Of a stretch of 64,000 nt of DNA, positions 26,350 through 35,565 are shown piece by piece (position 1 is the stretch's first letter; each line of letters opens with the position of its first letter). The position numbers and the translations under genes were made by a program. Below the pieces are notes generated by a model. That model did no database searches and had not been told where the DNA came from. It was given only the letters and a program-made list of their open reading frames with translations. The stretch comes from Takakia lepidozioides. Lineage: Eukaryota; Plantae; Bryophyta. The stretch lies in assembly GCA_030704615.1 (NCBI GenBank), contig CM060731.1, positions 26,226,001 through 26,290,000 on the forward strand, given 5' to 3'.

Positions 26350-26590
26350 CTGCATGTGATAGTATCGCGCAGCTAGTGGGTGCACTAAAGGCTGGCATGA
26401 AAGAGCACATAAAGCAGCACTTGAGGCTTTGTTCCTACTACATCAAGCCTGGTCCTCCAGTCCTGCCGAGGTGGGAAAAGCACAAGCCATGGCAGCGGCA
26501 GAAGCCATCCCTATGCTGCAACTGTTGATGAGGACATGCCCCCCACGCTTTCAGAACAAGGCAGACAGCCTGCTGCAATGCCTGCCAGGA
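26350..26590 (+). pseudogene. Captured fragment of a cellulose synthase-interactive (CSI1/POM2-family) gene
   Basis: [54 protein letters not shown] resembles the CSI region just before the C2 domain. Confidence 0.8.
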
Positions 26591-29256
26591 GGACGAGAAT
26601 ATTGTTGGCTTTGAACTGCTGCAGCGACACTTCGAGTGGTTCCCGCCTTCCTGTTATGCTCCACTAGGCACACATAGCCAGTCTACCTGCAGGCTATCGT
26701 AACCAAGCTATATTATAATAGTGCTTAAAAACAGGAACGTCACATCTAGCTTAGCACTAGAAAACTAGATACAGTTCCATCTCTCTCGAGTGATAAACAA
26801 AAGCTAAAAGGACACACACTCTCAACACAAGAAATATGAAATCCATCGCTATCACTCTTTAAAATAGAAGTCGAGCCAGGGGCACCCCAAGCTATGGGGA
26901 CTCCACCCCACAACAACCTACACTCCTATCATAAGCACACTCAGATCTAAACGCATGAAGGAGCTCGATTGCGCAGGCTCAACTCGAGAGAGATGAGCTG
27001 CGCGACTGACGCTCTCGTGAAGATAAGATAGTTCAGGTGTCAAGCTCAAACTTGACACCTGACTTAACACTTGAACTAAATCCAAGTGTTAAATACAAAT
27101 AACTAGTTTTATTCTAGTTAGTTTCACACTGTGTTTATTTAACTTGACAGGGTTTCCACTTCCTTCACGTATGCGTACTTGAGTTCTGTAACATTGCTTC
27201 CCGTCTTGTACTGAAACCGGAGCTTGTGATCTGGAGGTTCCCCAACGACTTCAATGCCCCCATTCTTTTATACTGCTATTCAATTTGTATATAGCTACAT
27301 GCTCGGTCTTGTATCCCGGGGATCTGACAGGTAAGAAATCCCCACAAATGTCTGCAGACATTCCGGGTTGGCAATCTTCGGGGGCCTGAGAACTGCAAAA
27401 GCCAGATGTCCAATATTTGATCAGGAAAACACCTCGAGTCGACGTTAGAAAATGTTTATGACGTGACCATGATATTTAATCACACTATCTTTTCCACATA
27501 CAATGAAGGCCAAACCAAATCCCACAAGGTTTGTAAGCTCAAACACATTGAAAAATCTTTGTAAATATCCATCTTTTATTTATATCAGAGAGCAACTGAG
27601 ATTTACAACACATTCCTCAATAATGAGACAACATTACTCAAATGTCCAGAGACCAGTGTCTTCATCACAATAGATTCGGCCTAACCAAACAGGTTCCAAA
27701 AGAGGATCTTGACCTTGAGTTCCCGACAGCCCAAGAATCTCGGCACAGACATTGTCCATGGGTAGTTCATATTCTTCGGGGTATGACGTGCGTGGAACGT
27801 AAGTCTCTGGACTGTATGATTCTGGAACATAGGTAGAGTAGAATAACATGTATTCATATGGCCGTTGGCTATCTCGTTTAGAGGAACGAATGTACTGTGA
27901 TGAGGTTGGCATATATTCAGGGGAAGACGGACAATATCCAGGCGAGTCTGCTGCCTCTGAACCGGATGATGAGTAGACTATTTTAGTTGGTTCAATGAAG
28001 TCTGGAAGCTCGTATTTGGAGTTCCGGGAATTGGGTAGAAGCTCGATGAGTATTCGGTCGTTTCATCATTTCCACAGTAATCACTCCTACACAACCACCT
28101 ACGAACTGCCTCAGTTCACTCAAACACAAAATTAGTTTGGTCCTACCTCTCTAAAAAAATTGTTCCAAATTCTCAACGTCGACATGAATGTCGACGTCCC
28201 TTCGGAGGAGACTAAGGAGTACTATTTTTTGGAACATTTCTTCTACTACCTATGTCGAATTCAGTATGATCCTAAGTAAGGGACAGAAGATTTTACGTCA
28301 GGTCTAATGAACGTCGACGCAAATGTCGAGGTTCCAGATAAATATGTCAAGAAATAGTGGGACATTTCGCCACGAAGACGCTAATGTAAAAACCTCACCC
28401 AACCTAGCTTGCCACATCTTACCTCAGTACAAGAATCCAAATTGACCTAAGTGAAACTCAATCTCATGAAAACCGAACATAATCCAACCTCTTTGAACCG
28501 CATTTCCCAACCTAACCTGGCCTCATTAAACTCCACAACGTCGACACTCATGTCGATGTTCTTGGCATTAGCTTTTCATGATTACGTGAACCAGGAAGTT
28601 GCTATATTTCTAGATTTTTTAGACTTTCTAGACATTAATGTTGACGTTCTGACTCACTATCAATCGTGTACGCATATGGTCTTATGATTTGTTGTCTCAT
28701 ATTTGGGAATTTGGAATGGTTACAAGGAGTGTTTCCATGGTACAAGTAGTGTTCAATTCATTTCCTATGCATTGTTTATGCATGTGCAGTGCATTACATT
28801 AGCAATTGAAATTGCAGTAGAATTTGAAATACATTTGAAAGTTTGGGGCTCTTTGCATTTGGGTGTTACAGTTTTGGATCTATGGTTTGGAGCCAAGTTA
28901 AGACAAGATAAAACAATAGAAATCAAGGGAAACAAGACAACACAATGAATTAATAATTCTGCAATTTTACCTACTATTGGATGCCATGTCGAAGTGCTTC
29001 GGTGTGTCTTGGAGGCTTCCAAATAAATTCAAATGCCCTCTATCCACTGATTGACCCTTCCACAAATACATCTATTAGCTTGAAAGGTATAAAAAGAGAT
29101 CTAATAAGGACAATGGAAAACAAGGTAACCAATATGGTGGTAATGACAAGAACTTCTGGTTGGCCCTACTGTACCAAAGCCATTAGAATACCTGAAAATA
29201 ACTCGGGGCGGGAAGCCCGAACAACAAATAGAAGCTCACAGGGAAAAGAAGATTGC

Positions 29257-29343
29257 TGTCGTGCACATACATATCGCTACACAACTACATCGCTGTCCAA
29301 ACCACACCACACATATATGCACAATAAAGTAGTCTAGCACAAT
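29257..29343 (-). repeat. Repeat S (87 bp), terminal copy
   Basis: Direct repeat of 29701-29787 with one visible mismatch. Confidence 0.95.
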
Positions 29344-29698
29344 GATAATGAAGCTTGAAAGGACATACACTCCCAACACAAGAAATATAAAATCCATCGC
29401 TATCACTCATTGAAACTGAAGTCGAGCCAGGGGCACCCCAAGCTATGGGGACTCCACCCCACAACAACCTGTATCCCTACATAAGCACACTAAAACCTAA
29501 ACACATGCAGGAGCTCGGTCGCGCAGGCTCAACTCGAGAGAGATGAGCTGCGCGACTGCCGCTCTCGTGAAGATAAGACAGACCAGGTGTCAAACTAAAC
29601 TTGACACCTGATTTAACACTTGACCTAAATCCAAGTGTTAAATACAAATAACTAGTTTTATTCTAGCTGTTTTCACACTGTGCTTATTTAACTTGACA
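29344..29698 (-). repeat. Repeat L (355 bp), 3' copy
   Basis: Appears identical to 40800-41154. Confidence 0.97.
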
Positions 29699-29700
29699 GC

Positions 29701-29787
29701 TGTCGTGCGCATACATATCGCTACACAACTACATCGCTGTCCAAACCACACCACACATATATGCACAATAAAGTAGTCTAGCACAAT
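29701..29787 (-). repeat. Repeat S (87 bp), inner copy
   Basis: Follows the PPT on the sense strand; joined to L through GACA-GC-TGTC (29695-29704). Confidence 0.95.
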
Positions 29788-29797
29788 CGCCCCCCTA
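29788..29797 (-). promoter_or_regulatory. Putative polypurine tract
   Basis: Sense TAGGGGGGCG directly abutting the inner S repeat. Confidence 0.7.
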
Positions 29798-30045
29798 GCT
29801 GGTGGATAGGTCCCTCTACCTCCAGATAGCTACAAGACGTAATAGCCATAGCCGTACTAAGTCCTCTATCACTGTCCCTATCGTACTCAAACTCTATAGA
29901 CCAAGAGGCCGGGTACAAGAGTAGCCCCATCGTTAGTCGCCGTCTTGCAATCTGTGAACTTGAGCCAGGACTTCGTGTATTCAAGGTCTCCTGTAGCTGG
30001 GCCTTGCGTTTGCTTGTTAGCCTCCCATGGTTGTATCCACTCCCA

Positions 30046-33000
30046 CTATCCAATGCATTGTGGACATAACCAATCCCCATCTGGAACCATCTCAAGAGGT
30101 GGAGTCAAGCACCCCATATGCCAACCTCTAGAGCATCGATCACACACCAGCATGGTGGCTGCCCCTTTAGCAGACCCACACAACATGCACCTCAAACCTG
30201 CAGATACCACTGCCAGGTTTGGGTCAATCCTGCCATCGACATTCGGAAGGTGACATGGCGCACAATTACGCACATGGTCCTTCCAAGTTATGCCATCCCG
30301 ACCCTCCAAGACCAAGACGCCTGAGGGCAAGACCTCTCGAACCCTCAAAATAACACGTCCTGCAGTCACATCCAGGGTCGTAGGAGCAGTCTGCTGCAGA
30401 TAGACATAGTCACCAGGGTTGAATCTCCGAACCCCAGGACGATAGCCCCCACCACGTATGGTAGCATACCTCAACGTATCACGGTGTTGTGCAATGGCAA
30501 GGTTCTCGAAAGCCATAGGCATGACTCTCTTGAACAACTCTGCACGCTGCTCACATGCACGTGCCCACACGTCCGGATCGTCAAGGTTAAGAACTGTAGC
30601 AGCTTCTCTGCGAATGGATGTAGGCAAATCCGGCTCTCGGCCAAAGAGAAGAAAGTATGGTGAGAAGGAGGCAAGTGATGCTTGCTTGCTGAACCTGTAG
30701 CCCATGGCTAACCAGGGTAACTGAAGGTCCCAATCTCCTAGGTGTCCCTTCTGCAAGCCATACTTGCGCAAACCCCTCTTTACTGTCTGAACAACTCTCT
30801 CTGCCAAGCCATCGGCTTCAGGATGATCCCGAGAAGTGGTGCGGTGGTCTATCAAGGCCTTGTCACACAAAGCCTGAAACTCCCCCAAGAACTCTCTCCC
30901 TTGGTCCGTGAGTACCTCAGCTGGAGCACCGAATCGGCTAAGCACACAATCCAGGAATGCATACGCAGCTCCCTCACTAGCCTTATCAGGCAATGGAACC
31001 AATTCAATCCACTTGGAGAAGTGCTCCACCATCACCAACACGTACTTGTTGTGGCGCATGGTCAGTGGCAACGGCCCTGCGAAGTCAAGACTCCACCTGT
31101 AGCCCAATCCCATGATCGGAAGAGGGTGCAATTGTGGAGTAGGGGCGTTGAATGAAGCACGCACCCTGTCACACACCATGCACCTAGCCACAAATTGTTG
31201 CACCTCTGTGTGCATACCACGCCACCAATACTGCCCCTGCAGTAGACTATGAGTGCGTCGCACCCCAAAATGCCCCAACTCGCGCACTAACCGTGCCCGC
31301 TGTGTTGGGTGAGGCACAATCCTCACTCGACCATCCTCCCACACTCGGAGCAGGTGTGTCCCCTCCCACTTGAACCTCTTGGCTCGTTGTAGGATCCGAT
31401 CCCTCTCCTTGGCAGTCATAGTGGCTGCCGTGTCTCCACTGCGGAGGTAGTCCAACACAACTGAATCCTCATGTATATCTTTGGCGCCACCCTGCTCATT
31501 GCTGGCCTCAGGGTCCTCAGACACTTGATCTACAGTCATCCCTGTTGTAGGTCCAACCTGGCCTTCCGCTGCCAAGATACACAGAAATGCAGATGCATGC
31601 CATCCGGGCACCATCTCCTCGTCCGTCTCACCATGCCACCGAGCTCCAGTGTCATCCTGCTGGCTCGTGCATGGATTGCGACTCAACCCATCTGCATTTC
31701 GATTGACCAAACCCGGTCGATGCACCACCTGAAAGTCATACTCTTGAAGGATGAGTGCCCACCGTGCAAGCTTCCCCGTAAGCTTGTCTGACTCCATCAA
31801 CCACTTGAGTGGTTGGTGATCCGTGACAAGGGTGAAGAGATTGCCGTATAGATAGCACCTGAAGTGTGCCACGGCCCACACTGCAGCTAAGCATTCTCCC
31901 TCATATGAGCTATACTTAGACTCTGCAGCATTGTTCGAGCGGCTAGCATAAGCCACTACGAACTCTCTTCCCTCATCATCCACCTGTGTGAGCACCGCTC
32001 CAAGCCCCAGCATGCTCCAATCTGTATGCAGCTGAAAAGGACGCCCCCTGATAGGTCGTCTCAAGATGGGCGCCGAGGTCAACCTCGCCTTGAGCTCTTG
32101 AAAAGCTTGTTCTTGCTCATCTTCCCACTGCCACTCCTGGTCCACCTTGGTCAGCTTGGTTAGAGCCTTTGCAATGGCACTAAATCCCTTAACAAACCGT
32201 CTGTAATAGTTTGCTAACCCCATGAAAGCTCGAACTCGGCTCACATCCGTGGGGCGTGGAACCTGTGCAATGGACTCTACCTTAGTCTGCTGTACCCCCA
32301 ATCCTCCAGGATATATCATGTGACCCAGATACTCAATCTGGTTGTGGAAAAACTTGCACTTGCCCGGATGTAACTTCAATCCGTGCGTCCTCAAGCGCTC
32401 AAATACCCCCTGAAGGTGTCTCTCATGCTCCTCCACCGTAGCACTAAAGATGATGATGTCATCTATGTAGCACCGAGCAAACTCCACCCCTGCTAGAATC
32501 CTGTCCATGACTCTTTGAAACTCAGCGGGAGCGTTTTTAAGCCCAAATGGTAAGAACCGCCACTGGTATAGGCAATCCTTCCCGTGCTCATTGATCCCCC
32601 AGAATGCCGTCTTTTGCTTATCCGCCTCCTTGATCGGCAACTGGTGATATCCGGATCGTAAATCCAACGTGCTAAAGACCTTGGAATGCCCAATGGCATC
32701 AAAGATCTCCTCTGGTGTTGGCATGGCATACCTATCGGACTTGGTCTGACGATTTACAGGCCGGTAATCACCGCACATACGTCTCTCCGTCCAATTGCCA
32801 TAGACATCCTTCTTAGCTGGCATCACTGTGGCTGAAGCATACTCTCCACCAGAGAGCTCCACCAAACCTGCCTCCCAGAGATCTTGAGTCCTCATCTGAA
32901 TCAAAGACCTCTCCATGTCACTGTATCTATAGGGTCTCCGAAAGATTGGCGTGTCAGTGGCCAACTCAATACGGATCTCTTGACCCTTCAGTGCTCCCAA

Positions 33001-33168
33001 GTCCTTCAAACTGAAGGCAAAGCAATTCCTGTAAGCCCTCAGGAACCGCCGTATACGTCGTCTCTCTCCTCCGGTGACAATGGGTCCAATGTCAGGCTCC
33101 CAATTGTCCTCCGTAACTGCAACCTTAAGTCCAGTGGGCTTAGAGGTAGAGGACGCGTCCCGTGGTTG
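30046..33168 (-). CDS. pol: RT-RNase H-integrase-PHD polyprotein
   Basis: RT STLDLRSGYHQ, PFGLKNAP, CYIDD; RH LHTDWS...YEGECLA...TDHQPL; IN WSLDFAGP, LTDQGREF, GLAERVVQ; C-terminal PHD CMLC...CDRCSRGWHMGCLTPPL...GDWLCPQC. The frame is open right up to the UAG at 33169-33171. Confidence 0.96.
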   Translation of the reverse strand, partial: QPRDASSTSKPTGLKVAVTEDNWEPDIGPIVTGGERRRIRRFLRAYRNCFAFSLKDLGALKGQEIRIELATDTPIFRRPYRYSDMERSLIQMRTQDLWEAGLVELSGGEYASATVMPAKKDVYGNWTERRMCGDYRPVNRQTKSDRYAMPTPEEIFDAIGHSKVFSTLDLRSGYHQLPIKEADKQKTAFWGINEHGKDCLYQWRFLPFGLKNAPAEFQRVMDRILAGVEFARCYIDDIIIFSATVEEHERHLQGVFERLRTHGLKLHPGKCKFFHNQIEYLGHMIYPGGLGVQQTKVESIAQVPRPTDVSRVRAFMGLANYYRRFVKGFSAIAKALTKLTKVDQEWQWEDEQEQAFQELKARLTSAPILRRPIRGRPFQLHTDWSMLGLGAVLTQVDDEGREFVVAYASRSNNAAESKYSSYEGECLAAVWAVAHFRCYLYGNLFTLVTDHQPLKWLMESDKLTGKLARWALILQEYDFQVVHRPGLVNRNADGLSRNPCTSQQDDTGARWHGETDEEMVPGWHASAFLCILAAEGQVGPTTGMTVDQVSEDPEASNEQGGAKDIHEDSVVLDYLRSGDTAATMTAKERDRILQRAKRFKWEGTHLLRVWEDGRVRIVPHPTQRARLVRELGHFGVRRTHSLLQGQYWWRGMHTEVQQFVARCMVCDRVRASFNAPTPQLHPLPIMGLGYRWSLDFAGPLPLTMRHNKYVLVMVEHFSKWIELVPLPDKASEGAAYAFLDCVLSRFGAPAEVLTDQGREFLGEFQALCDKALIDHRTTSRDHPEADGLAERVVQTVKRGLRKYGLQKGHLGDWDLQLPWLAMGYRFSKQASLASFSPYFLLFGREPDLPTSIRREAATVLNLDDPDVWARACEQRAELFKRVMPMAFENLAIAQHRDTLRYATIRGGGYRPGVRRFNPGDYVYLQQTAPTTLDVTAGRVILRVREVLPSGVLVLEGRDGITWKDHVRNCAPCHLPNVDGRIDPNLAVVSAGLRCMLCGSAKGAATMLVCDRCSRGWHMGCLTPPLEMVPDGDWLCPQCIG

Positions 33169-35565
33169 CTATGCTGCAACCTCTTGAGCAGTACCCCCTT
33201 CCTGCTCAGTCAATGACAAGGCCTCATCCTGCCCCATCATCTCATCATTGAGAACCTCCTCATCCCGAGAAGAATCCCCAACCTCATCCATCACAGCTGC
33301 CTTCGCTGCCAACTCCCTCTGAACCTCGAGCACCTCCCACGTGTGCCATGGATGTCTACACCTCGTGGTCCTCACCGGCTCGCCCCCACTCGCTGCCTGT
33401 ACCGTCTCGGTAGGCAGAGAGACCGTCAAGGGAAGTGCACTCCGCACTCTACGTTGCTCAGCCATAGCCAAGCTGACAATCCAGGTCAAGCAATTGAGAT
33501 CCATTGCTTGCCCCAACACCTGACGACGTGATGCCTCAGAAAGAGAAGGCACCGCCGTGGTCCCAGTGGAAAACCCCATAGCCCGCTCTCGCTCGTCGGC
33601 ATTAGGCTCCACTAACTGCTGCAACTGAGCATCCCACAAGAGGCCAGGTCCACCATCCCGAAAAGCATGGGATCCTGGGAAGCTGAGCAGTGTAGGTAAT
33701 GCTGCTCGTGGTTGACCCACCCTGTTGACCACTGCCAAAGGCGAACGGTCATCGTGTCTCACACGTTGAGACTGCCTTCCTGTGTCCAAAATGCCATCCA
33801 CGGTGAGGTGTGCTGGCCGCTGCACCCCATCAAATGCACGCTTGAGCAGTGCGGGTGGCATCAAGTTAGTCCACCATAGTCGTGGACGATGAGCCCGTGA
33901 CCCCACTGCAGCTGCATCCAGCAATACTGCTGACCCAAGCCACGACCGGACTTGATGCACACTGGCCATCACCCTGGCCCGAGAATCACCCATCAGTGGT
34001 ACATTCTCCAAGATGTATGCTGGAGATACAGCTTGATGAAGCTGCAAGCAGCGCAAAATCCGCACCATCTCCCAAAACAGACCCGTCCTCGAGTCTCGCA
34101 ATCCATTGCCATGCCCGGCTGATGAATGCCCTTGGCAGGGCCAACCTGCCACTATCAGATCAATGGAGCCAACCTGCTCCAAATCTTGCGCCCCCAACAA
34201 GGAAATGTCTGCTGGCAAGGCTTGTTGGTATCCACGAACTGCAGACACAGGCAACAAGTCAGGGTACTGCTGTACCAACTGAGCCACATGGCGCAGTGAG
34301 ACGCGTCGTGCAGTCTCATCCCTCTCCACATACAGGTAACGCCTTACCCGCACACCTGCCTGTAGCACAGCAGCCAATCCGGTGCTGATCCCGCCAAACA
34401 AGTCCAGAAGGCAAATGCCTTCATCCGGCCGCTGCCACACAAGAGGTGTGGTGTCCAATGGCGACAACTGAGGTGGCCCTGGTGCAATCACCGCACTCTC
34501 CTCCTCTCCTGACGGTACAAAAGCTTCTACCCAAGCTTGTTGCACCCGTCCATCAGCAGCTTGCTGCAAATCCTTGCTCGTACCCCACAACGGAGTGTGA
34601 GCAACCATGGCAGGCAACTCCGCCGTACCATGCATGTCATCCTGCTCTGCTGGAGGTGGCACATCCTCTGCATGGGCATTGCCTTCCAGCAACTCTCCAG
34701 GCCAACTAACTGCAGCTGTGAAGGCGGCTAGTGTTGGCATCTTGCCCCGCTGGGCAGCTGCAATACCCCCAATGAATGTCACAGGGAGCTGTGCACGGCG
34801 ACCATCCCCTGACTGCCATCCAGGCCTGTAGGATGCTGACTCCTCCCAGAAATCCAGGGTGAAGCCCATGGGGTATAACACTGCCCCACCAACGAGGACA
34901 TCGTAAGAGACCGCGTCTGTCACAATGGCCTTGGCTCGCATCACTGAGCCATCTACAGGATGATCCGGCTGCAGTCTAATAGCCAACTGATGCCGTGTCA
35001 TGCCGCGAGCCTGCTCTGATCCTCCCAGAGATGTCTGTATCTGGAAAGGACAAGGCTCCATATCCGCCTCCATGAGGCCCAAACCTGCAATAGCAGCTCT
35101 GCCCAACATCAGTGGCTGAGCTCCTGAGTCCAACAAGACCCGCAGTGGCCGGTACTTCTTGCCTGCCGGTCCACTCAAAGTGAAAATGCCTCCCTGGTTG
35201 TCTAACAAGACAACTCCAGGTGTCACCATGGCGCGCTCAATGGCTGGCCTAGCTGGCAGCTCCGTCAACCTGGCAGCTGCAACTTGCCATGGCGCAGCCG
35301 TGGCAGTCTTGACCCTCAAATCCGAGGATCCCTCTGCCACTACACCTTCCACTAACTCCGCAGAAGATGAAGTGACCTCCCCACTCTCACAGAGTGTTGC
35401 TGCTAGTCTGAACACTGCAGCTGGTCTCACCCCCGGCGTCGCAATCATGGTTGCCGAGAACAGTGGGGCTTGACACACAGAGGTGGCTGCCCCCAATAAC
35501 ACACCGGTTGCACTAGCCTTGGTAGCAGGTGTCAGTGCTGCACGTGTAGCTCTCCCCAATGGCAT
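33169..35565 (-). CDS. Aspartic protease plus C5-cytosine DNA methyltransferase (DNMT3-like; domain ~33450-34425)
   Basis: PR VLLDSGAQ; MTase motifs I LDLFGGISTG, II YVERDE, IV VAGWPCQGHS, VI YILENV, VIII AHRPRLWWTN, IX ERERAMGF, X RRQVLGQAM, in canonical order. Confidence 0.93.
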   Translation of the reverse strand: MPLGRATRAALTPATKASATGVLLGAATSVCQAPLFSATMIATPGVRPAAVFRLAATLCESGEVTSSSAELVEGVVAEGSSDLRVKTATAAPWQVAAARLTELPARPAIERAMVTPGVVLLDNQGGIFTLSGPAGKKYRPLRVLLDSGAQPLMLGRAAIAGLGLMEADMEPCPFQIQTSLGGSEQARGMTRHQLAIRLQPDHPVDGSVMRAKAIVTDAVSYDVLVGGAVLYPMGFTLDFWEESASYRPGWQSGDGRRAQLPVTFIGGIAAAQRGKMPTLAAFTAAVSWPGELLEGNAHAEDVPPPAEQDDMHGTAELPAMVAHTPLWGTSKDLQQAADGRVQQAWVEAFVPSGEEESAVIAPGPPQLSPLDTTPLVWQRPDEGICLLDLFGGISTGLAAVLQAGVRVRRYLYVERDETARRVSLRHVAQLVQQYPDLLPVSAVRGYQQALPADISLLGAQDLEQVGSIDLIVAGWPCQGHSSAGHGNGLRDSRTGLFWEMVRILRCLQLHQAVSPAYILENVPLMGDSRARVMASVHQVRSWLGSAVLLDAAAVGSRAHRPRLWWTNLMPPALLKRAFDGVQRPAHLTVDGILDTGRQSQRVRHDDRSPLAVVNRVGQPRAALPTLLSFPGSHAFRDGGPGLLWDAQLQQLVEPNADERERAMGFSTGTTAVPSLSEASRRQVLGQAMDLNCLTWIVSLAMAEQRRVRSALPLTVSLPTETVQAASGGEPVRTTRCRHPWHTWEVLEVQRELAAKAAVMDEVGDSSRDEEVLNDEMMGQDEALSLTEQEGGTAQEVAA

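Larger units (their letters stand above)
22489..27149 (-). mobile_element. Internally deleted copy of the DNMT-gypsy family
   Basis: TGTC...GACA termini; 4-bp TSD GGGT (22485-22488 and 27150-27153); repeat L at ~22577-22934 and 26792-27149; repeat S at 22489-22575; 22937-~24950 is homologous to 36937-~38970. Confidence 0.93.

Noticed and set aside
25564-26376. 270-aa ORF as a real gene
   Set aside because: It lies in the cargo interval, is absent from the sister copy, has a non-ATG start and appears to cross fragment junctions.
29257-29787. Ordinary LTR element (LTR = L only) with S as a chance flanking duplication
   Set aside because: The TSD lies outside S, the PPT abuts S rather than L, and the independent copy at 22489 also begins with S.
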